64,000 nucleotides of DNA from positions 88,226,001 through 88,290,000 of the forward strand of contig NC_043006.1 in the NCBI RefSeq assembly GCF_006345805.1, read 5' to 3'. Positions 10,920 through 23,363 of the stretch are shown one piece after another. Under the pieces are notes generated by a model. The model was not told the origin of the DNA. It made no database searches and saw nothing but the letters and a program-made list of their open reading frames with translations. Position numbers and translations under genes: made by a program. Each line of letters starts with the position of its first letter. The stretch's first letter is position 1. Source of the DNA: Octopus sinensis. Its lineage: Eukaryota.

Positions 10920-11330
10920 TACTGAGACCGACGGGGTCAAAGAATATTGGTGGAACTTAAAAATTAAAACAGCCACCAAGTTAGAACATAACCATCCAGA
11001 TATTGTTGTATTGGACCACATGGAAAAGATGTTCTGTTGTGGAAATCAGTTGCCCTCTGGGCACCAATGTGGTTAGAAAAATTCAAGAGAAAGAGGACAT
11101 CTATGGATCATTGATAAGAAGTTTGCAAATCCAGTATCCAAGATACACATTCAGCTTTATACTTATTATTGGACCAACAGAACGAGTACCAACCCATCTG
11201 GAGCAAAGTATGGCTGAACTTGGATTCTTGGAGAGAGAGAACACAAATCCATAATTCATACACTACAAATGATCATGATATCTAGGTCTATAAAAATATG
11301 CAAGATCTTCTTAAGAGTTAAAGAATGATG
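10920..11330 (+). mobile_element. R4/Dong-like LINE 3' fragment (restriction-like endonuclease), frameshifted
   Basis: WWNLKIKTATKLEHNHPDIVVLD...VEISCP...KEDIYGSL matches the PD..(D/E)..K REL pattern. Confidence 0.7.
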
Positions 11331-11699
11331 GACAAAACAAGATGTTTTCCTTCACAACCTTACTATGGAGCAGGTGGCCAGTCAAAATTTATTTTAAATT
11401 AAAAAGTGAAAGTGAACATACATACATGCATACATACATAAAAAGTCCTACTTATAACAAATATCCAAGAATTATTTAGTAGTAGTAGTAGTAGTAGTAG
11501 TAGTAGCAGCAGTAGTAGTAGTAGTAGTTTAAAGAAATTTTCATTTTCCCCTTGTTCTTTTATTTCTATTTTATTCTTTTCATTTATCTTTATTTATTTG
11601 TTGTTTTTTCTGTTTTGTTTCATTAAGTTGTTTGAGAAAATCGAAGTAAACTGGCTGAGAAATACAAACAAGATTCTATTGTTATGGTTTTAGAAATTG

Positions 11700-12140
11700 A
11701 AGAAAATTAGATTGAATGTTAAAAAGATAGAGGGAATGTGTTGAGGTAAAGTGTATGAGAGGGTGATAATAGTAAAAGAAAAATGAAGAATAAAAGAGTA
11801 GAAACAGAGTAGATCTCAAGAAAAGAATGAGAATAATTTGAAGTGGGGAAAGAAAATTGAAGAGCAGAACTAAATAAGAAGAATGGGTGAGGGAAAATAT
11901 AAGTTAAAGAGGGAGGGTGAAAGATACATAGAGGGTGGAGAATGAAGAGAGAATATAAAATATATGGGAGAGAAAATGAACTGGGAAAAAGGATAAAAGA
12001 GAGATAGAACTGACAAAAGGAAAAGTGAAAGTATGCAGAGAGTGAGAGTGTGAGAAGCAAGAGAGGGGGAGAGAGAAAGAAAGAGAATAGAGGAAGTAAG
12101 AGAAATGTGAAAGAAAGAGAAAATTCATTAAGTTAGTTCT

Positions 12141-12171
<31 letters not shown>

Positions 12172-12720
12172 GAGAGACATAATGGAATTTGTACATAGAT
12201 TAATAGACAGTTGGATAGAGAGAGAGAGGGGAGAGAGAGTAAGAGTAATGGAAACAGAAACAAATAATATGAGAGAGAGAGAGAGAGCATCTAAAACAAA
12301 ATGAATTTCCCATGAAAATATGAAGAAAACAAGAAAAACATGAGATGGGTAGTGGGGGTTGAAAGAGACATGAGTAATGGAGCAAGGGTACACTGAGTAA
12401 AAAGAGGAGAGGAGGAGGAGGAAGGCAGTGCATAGCGGTGGAGGAAGGGAGGAGGATCAGTAAAGGGGTGGTGTAGGAGAAGGTGAAAAAAGAGGCAGAG
12501 GAGAAGGAAGGGAGAGATGGTGAAGAAGGAGGCAGAGGAGAAGGTGGCGGTAGAGGGAGAGGCAGAGGGGGAAGTAGAGGAAGAAAAAGAGGTGAAAGTA
12601 GAGGAGGAGCAGAGGTAGGAGTAGAGGAGGAGGCAGAGGAAGAGGACATGCTAGGAGTATGTTGAAAGAGGTGATGTGGCACTGGAGGAGATAAGGATAT
12701 CAGATGCATGAGAAGTAGAG
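11700..12720. repeat. Purine-rich low-complexity tract with (GA)n, (GT)n and (GGA)n
   Basis: Composition seen directly. Confidence 0.8.
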
Positions 12721-13176
12721 TACAAATGTATTACACGCATAACTAGGTTCTAAAAGTTGTCTCTACTGTATAATGTAAGTCTATAAGAATGAACCGAGGA
12801 GACTGTTGCCCTTGCTATTGCTGCTGTTACTGCTGCAGGTGATATCTGCATAGGTGCAATTAACTGGTGCAATCATGTGTAACAAGATGATGGCATGCAT
12901 AAAAACTAAACAGTGGTTGTGGCAATACAAAGAGAATTTGGCAGGGAAAATAGTGATAATGATGTAAGAGATGAGTGAGATGATGACAGGGAAAGAAAAT
13001 ATATGGTAGTAAATGGTAATGATCATGGCAATGGTGTTGAGGAGAGAAGAACGTTTAATATACATGTAGTTAGGTAAGTTATATAGGTGTGCATGTACGC
13101 GTGTGTATGTGTGAATATGCACATGTACAGATATGTATGTGCAAGCAGATATGTAAGTATAATTATCATTACCATC

Positions 13177-13207
<31 letters not shown>

Positions 13208-13214
13208 TATTATG

Positions 13215-13418
13215 TATGTGTGGCTGTTGCCGATTTTTTCCTCCTTCTTCCTTTTCTTTTGGACTTTCCTATGTCTCCTGTTTCCGAAGAAGAGCTTTGC
13301 TCAAAATGTAAAGCAACCATTCTTTCTTTCCTTCTCTGAGCATCTTATTAATACTTTGCATGTACCATGTCCTTGTGTTGTTTTTGTTATTTTTTCTCCG
13401 TTTTTTAAAACATTTTAT
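13215..13418 (+). mobile_element. Diverged minimal-HHR pLTR copy
   Basis: tgttt CCGAAGAA gagc ttt gctc aAAA tGTA aagca at 13279-13315, then ctgagc...taatac as in 4800-5010; ends in (TA)n. Confidence 0.55.
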
Positions 13419-13489
13419 ATATATATATATACACACATATTGTATATGTGTATATATATATACACACAAATTGTGTATGTGTGGGTATA

Positions 13490-13531
13490 TATACATACAT
13501 ACATACATACATACATACATACATACATACA

Positions 13532-13562
<31 letters not shown>
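13490..13562. repeat. (ATAC)n microsatellite
   Basis: Seen directly; a similar (TATG)n tract lies at 50966-51128. Confidence 0.95.
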
Positions 13563-13564
<2 letters not shown>

Positions 13565-14097
13565 GCATACATGCATGCATACACACACATACATATGTGT
13601 ACAAGCATACTTTTCATATAATCTTAAGTTACAAAAATAACTCAAAAGCTGAGAGTGGTGCACTGGAACTTACCAAACTTGTTGAGTTTTATTTTATTGC
13701 TTGCTTGTATCACCAAACCTGTGGATACAAGTGTGAGCATGTATGTATGTGTATACAACACACACACATATATAATTGGTCAGTTGTCCATCAGTCTGAA
13801 AAATGCAGACTATAAAAATATATTTTTCAACAGTATTTTCCATGAACTACTCAACATAATCATATAATATACTTCGGAGTAATCCTTATTTTTGATATTG
13901 TCAATATATGTGTGCGTATGTGTGTAACCATTAATCCAGACATGTCTTTTCTGAACATGGGCTCAAAGCATCAATGACTTCTTGCATTCTTCCTGAGCAC
14001 CAAATTATTGAACTAATCTACCTTGTTTGTTGTTCTTTTACCTGTCACTGTCTTTTGTATTTTGTATAATTTTGAAGCTTATATATATATAATACAT

Positions 14098-14430
14098 AAG
14101 CACATGGCTCAGTGGTTAGAGGATTGAGCTTACAATTGTGAGGTTGAGTTCGATTCCCAGACCGGGTTATGCATTGTGTTCTTGAGCTAGACATTTTATT
14201 TCACATTGTTCCAGTTCACTCAGCTGTAGAAATGAGTTGGGACATCGTTGGTGCCAAGCTGTATCAACCTTTGCTTTTCCCTTGGATAACACCAGTGGCA
14301 TGGATAGGGGACACTGGTATGCAGGGACAGCCAATTGTCTTCCATAAAAAATCTTGCCTGGACTTGTGCTTCAAAGGGGAACATTCTAGGTACAATCCCA
14401 TGGTTATTCATGATTGAAGGGGGACTTTAC
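14098..14430 (+). mobile_element. tRNA-derived SINE (family D)
   Basis: A box tggctcagtgg, B box gttcgattcc, then central domain gtgttcttgagctagac...ctcagctgta and a (TTTAC)-like tail. Confidence 0.7.
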
Positions 14431-14475
14431 TTTTTACTTTATATAATACACACACACACGCACACACATACAAAC

Positions 14476-14519
<44 letters not shown>

Positions 14520-15904
14520 CATATATATATACACATACATACGCATATACATACGTGGGTGGGTGAGTGTGTATGTGCGTGTATGCACATGTGTGTATTT
14601 AACAAGGTGGATGAGTGGATGGATAGACAGAATGATAGACAGACTGAAAAGTGGAAAAATATATACACACACAATGTTGAGAATGTCTATTATGTACACA
14701 CACCTGGTACTACTCTATAGTTTCTCATTATTTGATTCAATCTCCGTCTGCCCATCTGCACTTTGGTTTGGTATATAAGATTGTATACTTTAAGCATTGT
14801 GAAGTGTTTTACATAGGACAAACAGAGAGACAGATGGCAAAAGTGGGAGAGGAGTAGATTTGTGTGTGTGTGTGTGTGTGTTGTGTGTGTGTGTGTGTGT
14901 GTGTTGTGTGTGTTTGTGTGTGTGTGTGTTGTGTGTGTGTGTATGAATGTAAATGGAGAGAGGGTGAGGTAGAGGGAGAGAAATTAAATGAAAATATACT
15001 AGTCTCGTAAAAAATGCAATCTAGTGAAAGTAAGAACTGTTGTATGCATACAAACATCTGTAGATAAATAGCTGCAACATCTGAAGGGTGAATACACAAG
15101 TAAGTGAAACTAAAACTAATACACACATTCATTAACACACACGTTTGTATGGGTATTATGCATCTGCACATGCAGAGGTTAGTAAAAGTATATTCAGAGT
15201 GAGGGAAACAAACAGTCGAGTAAACACAGGCACACACACACACACACACACATCAATACAGGGATCAGTTAATACATATACTCACAGAGTGAGGTGGTGA
15301 GAAGGAGAGAACTTAATAAACCAATTGAGGGTTTAATTAGCATAGACCTAACCTAAGGGGTTGCTACATTTGTTTAGTCCCAAGTTAAACTGGACTGAGC
15401 AAACTTATTGTCAAAAACATTCCAGTCATGACAACTAACATGTTTCAATCTTATTACACCTCCTTTGTTCTGTATTTTCACAATTTTAAGGAGATAGAAA
15501 GGCGAAAGATCAACTCTGATGGGAGATAAACTCTGAAAGATGAAGCACCTAACCCAAATATAAGAATATAAACTAGAAAGAGGGAGAACTGTGAGAAACA
15601 GAATGACAGATAATGGAATTGTGGATGAAAACTTGATAGAAAATATGAAGAGTAGAGGGGGCATCTTCATCATCTGAACATCCACTTTTCCATGCATGCA
15701 TGGGCCAGATGCAATTTGTTTATGTAAATTTTCTACGACTGGATGCCCTTCCACTCACCAACCTTCAGTTGTTTCCAAGCAAGATAATATTTTCCCATGG
15801 CATATTTTTAATGTGAATTCAAAATTCACACTTGTAAGATGCTAACACTCTTTTATAAATATCATGCAATTTCATTACAAGGAAATATACACACAGACAT
15901 ATAT

Positions 15905-16395
15905 ATATGTGGTAAGAAACTTGCTGCCCAACCACATGGTTCCAGGTTCAGTCCCACTGTGTGGCATCTTGGACAAGTGTCTTCCATTACAGCCTTAGGC
16001 TGATCAAAGCCTTGTGAGTGGATTTGGTGGACAGAAACTGAAAGAAACCAGCGAGCTGGCAGAAATGTTAGCACGCCAGACAATATTCTTAGCAGTATTT
16101 TGTCTGCCATTACATTCTGAGTTCAAATTCTGCCGAGCTCGACTTTGCCTTTCATCCTTTCGGAGTCAATAAATTAAGTACCAGTTACATACTGGGGTCG
16201 ATGTAATCGACTTAATCCCTTTGTCTGTCCTTGTTTGTCCCCTCTATGTTTATCCCCTTGTGGGCAATAAAGAAATAAGAAACTGAAAGAAGCCCACCAT
16301 GTGTGTGTATGTATATATATATATATATATATGTATTTGTGTGTGTCTGTGTTTGTACCCCCCCCCCCCGCCATCACTTGACAACCGATGCTGGT
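15905..16395 (+). mobile_element. SINE family A interrupted by SINE family B (16050-16278)
   Basis: Homology to 31862-32305; 16-bp target duplication gaaactgaaagaa(a/g)cc at 16034-16049 and 16279-16294. Confidence 0.8.
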
Positions 16396-16499
16396 AAAAG
16401 AATATACATATTGAAAAGGAAAAGAAAACAAAAGTTCCTAAGAAAGAAAAGCAGCACCAACATCGCCTCTCAGAGCTGTGGAGAAGGACAAGGGAATAG

Positions 16500-16915
16500 C
16501 CAAAGAGTCCTCTGCTGAAGTCACACATTTTATCCAGCAACATTTCCATTGAAAGAAGCATTCCTAGAATTGTTTTGGGATAGTGAAAAGCTGCCTCATC
16601 ACATTATCCTGGATTTCTTCAACATCTTATAATCTCGTTCCTTTCAAGTAGAACACCATTCAAACCTAGATTTTGGTGTTGTTGTCATGAACCAAAATTC
16701 ATCACCTGTTACAGACATTTTCATAGCTGAAGCTTGATCTTTTTTAGTGAGTCACACTTTACTTCCAAGCACTACTATAAACAGCAGAATGCTATTAACT
16801 TAGTGTGTATGTGTGACAGAGTTCAAGGTCAATCTGTGCCAAGCAGCTTCACTCTGTGACCTTTAGTTCTGTTACGATAGCAACAGTCCCAATACTTTCA
16901 GATCAGACTTTGTAT
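16500..16915 (-). mobile_element. Internally deleted mariner remnant
   Basis: Minus-strand peptides VTGDEFWF and LKGTRL*DVEEIQDNVMRQL..CFFQWKCCWIKCV; TIR-like tatacaaagtctgatctgaaagtattgggactg at the right end. Confidence 0.6.
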
Positions 16916-16935
16916 ATATATCTATATATATATAT

Positions 16936-17450
16936 TGTTACGAGGGGACCTCCGTCGAACGAAAGCTGTTACGGAATCCCTCCCACAGGCCCGTTCGATT
17001 AGCGAATGTTCACCACGGAAACTCGGAGAGGAGAGAGAGACAACAACAACAGCAGCAGGAAGAAGAGACACAGATACAGCGGAAGGCAATTGGCTACGCT
17101 TAACAACTAGTTTATATGACTATTACAACATCAAGTACATTTAAAGATAACACATGCAAGAAACAGGTATACAACAGGTAAATACAAGCCAGTAACAGAA
17201 TCAACACATCACAGCATTTAAACTGTCCGGGTAACAACACATCAAATGCAATAACAACAGCATTTCAAGAGTACACGTCCGGAGACAACAGTTCTGTTTC
17301 AAAACACATTAAAGTTACAGTTCAAAGGACATTAAAGGCCTATACAGTTCAATATTCATTACACAGTTCTCTCTTCAACAACTCTGTACACAATGGATTC
17401 ATTGCCAAATGTAGGTCGCCGTCAACTGTCCTCAAATTGAACCCACAACA
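16936..17450. mobile_element. Solo LTR (515 bp) inserted in (AT)n
   Basis: TGTT...AACA termini, ATAT on both sides and intact CpG-rich sequence. Confidence 0.7.
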
Positions 17451-17551
17451 ATATATATATATATATTTATTTTTTTTTTTTATTTTTATTTCATCTAGTT
17501 TCAGCTCACGAGCTGTGGCCATGCTGGGGCACTGCCATTTTATTAAGATGC

Positions 17552-17623
17552 CTCCCCAGCGAGGAATCGAACCCTAGTCTCCCGTGTGACAGGCGGGGAT
17601 ACTTACCACTATACTGCCGAGGA
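17552..17623 (-). tRNA. tRNA-Asp(GTC), probably a pseudogene
   Basis: TCCTCGGCAGTATAGTGGTAAGTATCCCCGCCTGTCACACGGGAGACTAGGGTTCGATTCCTCGCTGGGGAG (72 nt), close to eukaryotic tRNA-Asp. It has anticodon-stem and T-stem mismatches and no oligo-T terminator. Confidence 0.8.
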
Positions 17624-17639
17624 CAGCTATATATAGTTT

Positions 17640-17830
17640 AAATTTAAAGAAAAACAAAAGATGAAGACAGGTGTATGAACAACAAGCAAGTGTATTAGTT
17701 TGATGCTCAGGAAAAATGAAAAAGTTTTTTTAAGTTTCAAGCCTACACTCTTCAACAGAAAGGAATAAGAAAAAAATAAACAGAGAGAGAATGAAAAAAA
17801 CTTGTAGATCTCAGCAGCCTAGCATGGTGA
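17640..17830 (-). mobile_element. Degenerate copy of the minimal-HHR pLTR family
   Basis: Reverse complement ctttctgttgaagagtgtaggcttgaaac at ~17724-17763, with flanks homologous to 4800-5010. Confidence 0.6.
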
Positions 17831-19007
17831 ATACACACACACACACACACACACAGAGGAAAAGCTGTTTTCAGTTGCTATCTACCAAATATGCTCACAA
17901 GGCTTTTGTCAACTTTGGGCTATAGTAGAAGACGTGTCCATGGTGCGATGCAGTAGGACTGAATCTGAAACTATGTGAAGTGATTCTCTGCATAATGGAA
18001 CAATGAAACAAATCCTGGGTTTGCATCTGAACTTATTACCTTTAAATTACTAGAACATCACCTCACATACACACACTCATACACATACATACATACATGG
18101 ACAAGCTCACACACATACAAGCATGCATGCACACACATACACACTTGTGTGCTTACATGCACAAACACACACACACACACACACACACACGTACACACAT
18201 TTTATTATTAATAGATGCAGACTATTTTCTTCAAATGATTTCCTGGAAGAAGTATGCAAAAGTGTTTGGAAGGAGGTGTGTAACTCAATAAAAATCACAA
18301 CAAAATCAGCAAGATAACAACAATAACATTTAAGAGGAACTTTTATACCAGTAAGCTAATGTCAGTAAAATAGTGAAACACTAGTGTGGAAGATACTCTC
18401 TCTATACCATTGGCTCTTTCATCTTATATGTGTATATAACTATGCCTGTGTAAGTGAGACTGTATTATATACGTATGCTTGTGTGTGTGTATACACACAC
18501 ACACATAAAGCAGGTTAGCAATTTTTGCAACTATGTCCATCTTAAATAATCTGACTGGATGATGGACAAACAGAAAACTCAGCTTCTAATAGATTTGTAT
18601 CAGCCGTAGTTTAACAGCACAAATATCAGAACCAGCACCATGTACATGCTGGCTACATTAGACAGTGAGTGGACATTGATATGTCTGCTGTTTACAACAA
18701 ACAGTCATATTAGCGAGACATCCAAATTTAGATCATGTTTCATGTTCCTATCAAAGGATTTTGTGCAGCCACATGTGCAAGATAGATCAAAGTGATGCCC
18801 TTATGTGCAATGAAATAAAGTAGTGTACAGCCATAATAACAGAGTATATATGCATAGTTATAGGCAGACAATATGTATCATATATATAATATGCATAATT
18901 GTAAACGTGTGTGTGTGTGTTAATATATATATACATAACAGAGACAAAGATATATATGTGTAAATATATGTACGTACATATATACATATATATACATATA
19001 GATATAA

Positions 19008-19063
<56 letters not shown>

Positions 19064-19659
19064 GTATGTGTGTGTACATATACATGTATATGCATACATC
19101 TATACACACAGGCATACATATATCAATATGCACACACATACACCCACACACACATCTATACATCTAAGGGATTTCACCTGATATTTTATGATCTGTTATT
19201 TATAGCTACATTTGCATTTCAGCAACTTCTTACGAAGATTTATTTTCACATTTAAAATTATATGTACACAATTGTATATAATTATCATCATCATTACATG
19301 CCTTCTTTGCATACTACCATGACTTAGCTTGTTCAACAGCATCCCAAAAGTTGGAGGACAACCTCATGGTCTAATATTTCAAGTTTAGCATGGCATCTGT
19401 GATTTGTTTCCCTTTTTAATACCAGTCACCTAACAGAGTGTACTGGTTGCTTCTTTCATAGTAACAAATGTAGTTGCATTATAAGTTTTCATATTTCTTT
19501 GAGCAGAAAATATGAGATCAATACAACATATATGTTATAATAAAAACCATAAAACATCTAGTGAAATACAGTTACCCAGAGATTCCTGGCCAAAATATTT
19601 ATTTATTTCATCATTTCTCAAGCTGGTTTGTGGTTTTGTTGTGATAAGAATCATGATGC

Positions 19660-21560
19660 CCCCTTGCGAGAAAATTCGAGTTGAGTACAGTATGGTGTGT
19701 TAAATCTTTGTGATTTCGTAGAAGTAAGTGGTGTTATAGTGTTTGTTGAAGGTCTCCCCTTGTGGGTGTGCCTGTGATTGTTGATTGTTGAAATTGCTGT
19801 TGCTGTTATTACATATGAGTTTGCTGAGTGTGTTTGTTTTCTTCCCATTTATGGGGAAACCTGAGAAGAGAAGAAAAATGGAAATTGGACCAGCAAAGTG
19901 CCACAGTTGTGCAGCAGCAGCTGACGGAGCAGTGGACTCTGATGCTTTGGAGGTTCATGAGGTGAGGGTGGAGCTGAGCAGGCTGGGGGAGTGTGGAAAG
20001 TTGTTGAGGGGAGAAGGTGATATGTTGAGGCTGGGGGATCTAGCGAGTGGTGTGATAGAAAGTACTGTGATATACAGAGCACTGAAGGTGTCATAAAGAA
20101 GGGTCAAGTCACAATTATAAAGGCTGTTGAGGAGTGTTTGAAGGAGATCAGGAGGTTCACCACTTTCATCACAGGAGGAGGAAGGTATGGCATGGTGGAG
20201 GTGCAATTCACGACTGAGGATGAAGTGGTGAAGCACTCCACTGTGACTGTGAGGATGGAAGAATGGGTATTTTTGCCAACGTACATGTGGCAGGCGTGTT
20301 GCCAGGGCGGGAGTGGGAGGAGTGCCCCCAGAAATGAATGAAGCATGGTTGGTCATGGCAATAATGTTTGACATGAAGGAAGACATAGGAATGCTTGGGG
20401 TGACGGGAACTGAATGGTTGGATTGGTGGGATTGTGACATGGAGATGGCCATACAAGACGGTTTAAATGACTTGAACAAAACTACAGAGGAAATGGTTTT
20501 ACCAGAGGATGTGAGGCTGAGAGTGATGTGGGGGCAGGCCTCGTTTATGTTATCAATGCGGGGAGGGAGGCTGCATGAAGGCAAGGTGCCCCTGGAGAGA
20601 GGAGGAGCAACAGATGGAGTGGTCTGACGAGTGGGGGAGGGTGGACGAAGTGGTTCAAGATGGTATGAAGGAGACAGTAGTAACAGAGAAAGTGTTCACA
20701 GTGGTTGAAAGAACAAAAGGAAAGAGGAAAAGATTATAAACTATCTGTAAAAACGTTCAAATGGTACTGCATGAGAGTGGGACTCATGCAACCATTTCAT
20801 TTTCATTTATTATATTACATTTTTCTCATTTTCATTCGTTTTATGTTTTTTGTCCCCACTGTCGTGTTCTGGCTGTCCTTGTGCTGTTCCCTTTGTATAA
20901 AAGCCTGAGAGCTTAATAAAGAATACGTGTTAATTTGAATTGAATACATCATGGTGTGTTAAATCCGTGTGATTCCAAAGAAGTAAGTGGTGTTATAATA
21001 TATTTGTTAAAGGTCTGATTGTTAATAATTGAAATTGTTGTTGCTATTTTTACATATGAGTTTGTTGATTTGTGTTTGTTTTCTTCCCATTGATGGGGGA
21101 ACCTGAGAAGGAAAATGGAAATTGGACCAGCGTAAGTTCACAGATATGCGGCAGCAACTGGCAGAAAAGTGGACACTGGCGCTTTGAAAGTGTCATCGAG
21201 AAAAGTCAAAATTGAAACCATTGAAGCTATCGAAGAGTATTTAAAAGAGATTAAGGCGTTCACCACTTTCATCACAAGAGGAAGAAAGTATGGCACAGTG
21301 GAGGTGTGATTCGCGACTGAAGACGAAGCGATAAAGCTCTCCACTGTATCCATAAAGACGAAGAATGGGTACTTTTGCCAACATATAGTGGCAAGCATGT
21401 TGCTAGGGTGAGAGTGGGAAAAGTACGAGATGAGTTTGTCGTGAAGTCAGAATGTGTCGGTTGGTTAGTTCGTTTGGAATGCTGATTGTTGGTTCGTGAG
21501 GAGATTATTGGATCGCCACAATAGTGGTACCATGACAATGGGGATGGAGGATACAACAGG
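19660..21560 (+). mobile_element. Two head-to-tail copies of a deleted L1/Tx1-like element (ORF1 remnant)
   Basis: 19690-20330 is homologous to 20950-21430. Peptide LKEIRRFTTFITGGGRYGMVEVQF..WVFLPTY..VGGVPPE; T-rich 3' UTR with AATAAA at 20915. Clade assignment is tentative. Confidence 0.55.
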
Positions 21561-21699
21561 TTTAATTATAAAGATATCTTTACTCTCTTAACTGATCGAT
21601 TGCTATATTACTTGTTGAAAATTATATCACACTGTATATGTATATATATATATATACATATATGCATACAGATGTATATATATACACATATATGTTTAT

Positions 21700-23313
21700 A
21701 TAAATTATATTTAAAAGTAGAATTCATGTAGCTTCAACAATTTAGAATAATAATACAATATATACTCAGCTATAAAACCGGTGTATGCAAATTATTAAAA
21801 TATATTTAATGTATCACTCATTAAAATATTGAAAAATATTTAAAATTTCCAGATACATAAATATATAAAAATATAATAGACATATATGGGTAGAAAAACT
21901 GTATTGATATATAGAAATATATATTACCATCTTAAAAGGTATATATTGCCAATATCGTCTTACTTACAGATTAAGAGCGTTATTAAAAAGATACTTTTTA
22001 AAACATTGAAAAATAAATGTGTAAATCCTTGCAAGAAGATGAACAAAGAAATGTTTAAGCATCCAGATGGAAGGTAAGTTTCCAATGATTAGATGGAGGT
22101 ACTCCAATTTCAAGAATCAAGTGGTGATACTCCGACGGCCGTTTCAAGCATATAATAATTCATACAAATAAAGGATGTTTCTATCCAAATTTTAGACACT
22201 GCCTCCTTCATCAAGGAGAATGTATTAGTTAAGGATTCACTGTCATAATGAGTAAACAGGTATTTGGTTTTATAAATAGCTATAATGTATTAGCAAGAAG
22301 AGGAAATATAGCAAGAATTCTGGGAAGTAAATTTAGAAAATATGGTAGACCAGAAGCAAGTAATTATTCATTAAGAGGAAGGTGAAGTGGGGTCTGAGGT
22401 GGAATGTAACTAATTATAGAGTTTAATGATCAATCTATCCAGATTGCTCAGGAGGCTTAAATGTTGAAGGGTATCTATTGTTACAAGAGTACATAGCATC
22501 CATTAACTTATTTAATAATATAGAGTTATATCGACGGAGAATATTTATAGATTCTTTAATACATAGTCTCCATACACACATAATTGTATCATACGGAGGG
22601 GCTTCTGCTATTATGGACCAAGAAAATGAATATCGTATATTTGTTAGCTTAAGGTCATGTATATATGTGGCTAGCGTTGTTGTGAATTTATATTTTAAGT
22701 TAGTAAAAGAATTCAAATGATCCCTATAGCAAAACTTAAAATCAATAGTACTTCCTATGTATCCTTACCCTCTGTATGGAAGGTATCTCTACACAGCACT
22801 TATAAACTACATTTCTGGGCAGACAGGATCCAGCAAGTGGGCAGGTGTCCTTAATGCGACAATTACGTGTTTTCTTCTTGTATGAGCATTAGTCTTCCGT
22901 TTAACTAAGGTCAGGCACCCTCAACTGGTAGCGGGTGGCCTCATGTATCATTTTTTTTAGAACTAGTATGGGCTTTTGAGTTATGCGATGCAATACAAGG
23001 ATTTGAGTAGACTTCTTAAGTTTAAGTTTGGATCTATTAATGGAGGCTATAATCGATCCTAAATCTGATGTAGTGGAATACGAAAGTTTCACAGATGATG
23101 TGTTGAAAATAGGATAGTATTTATGATGTTTTGTGAAATTTTCTTTCAAAACTTTAAAAAAGGTTTTGGTAATGATCTAACCTGAAAACAGAAGGGCGGG
23201 GCAAACTATATACGATTTATATTTATGGTAATTCCTAAATGAGAATTTATTTATTTGGTGTTATCTATAAATGTTTATATATATATATGCACACACACAC
23301 ACACATATAAATA

Positions 23314-23363
<50 letters not shown>

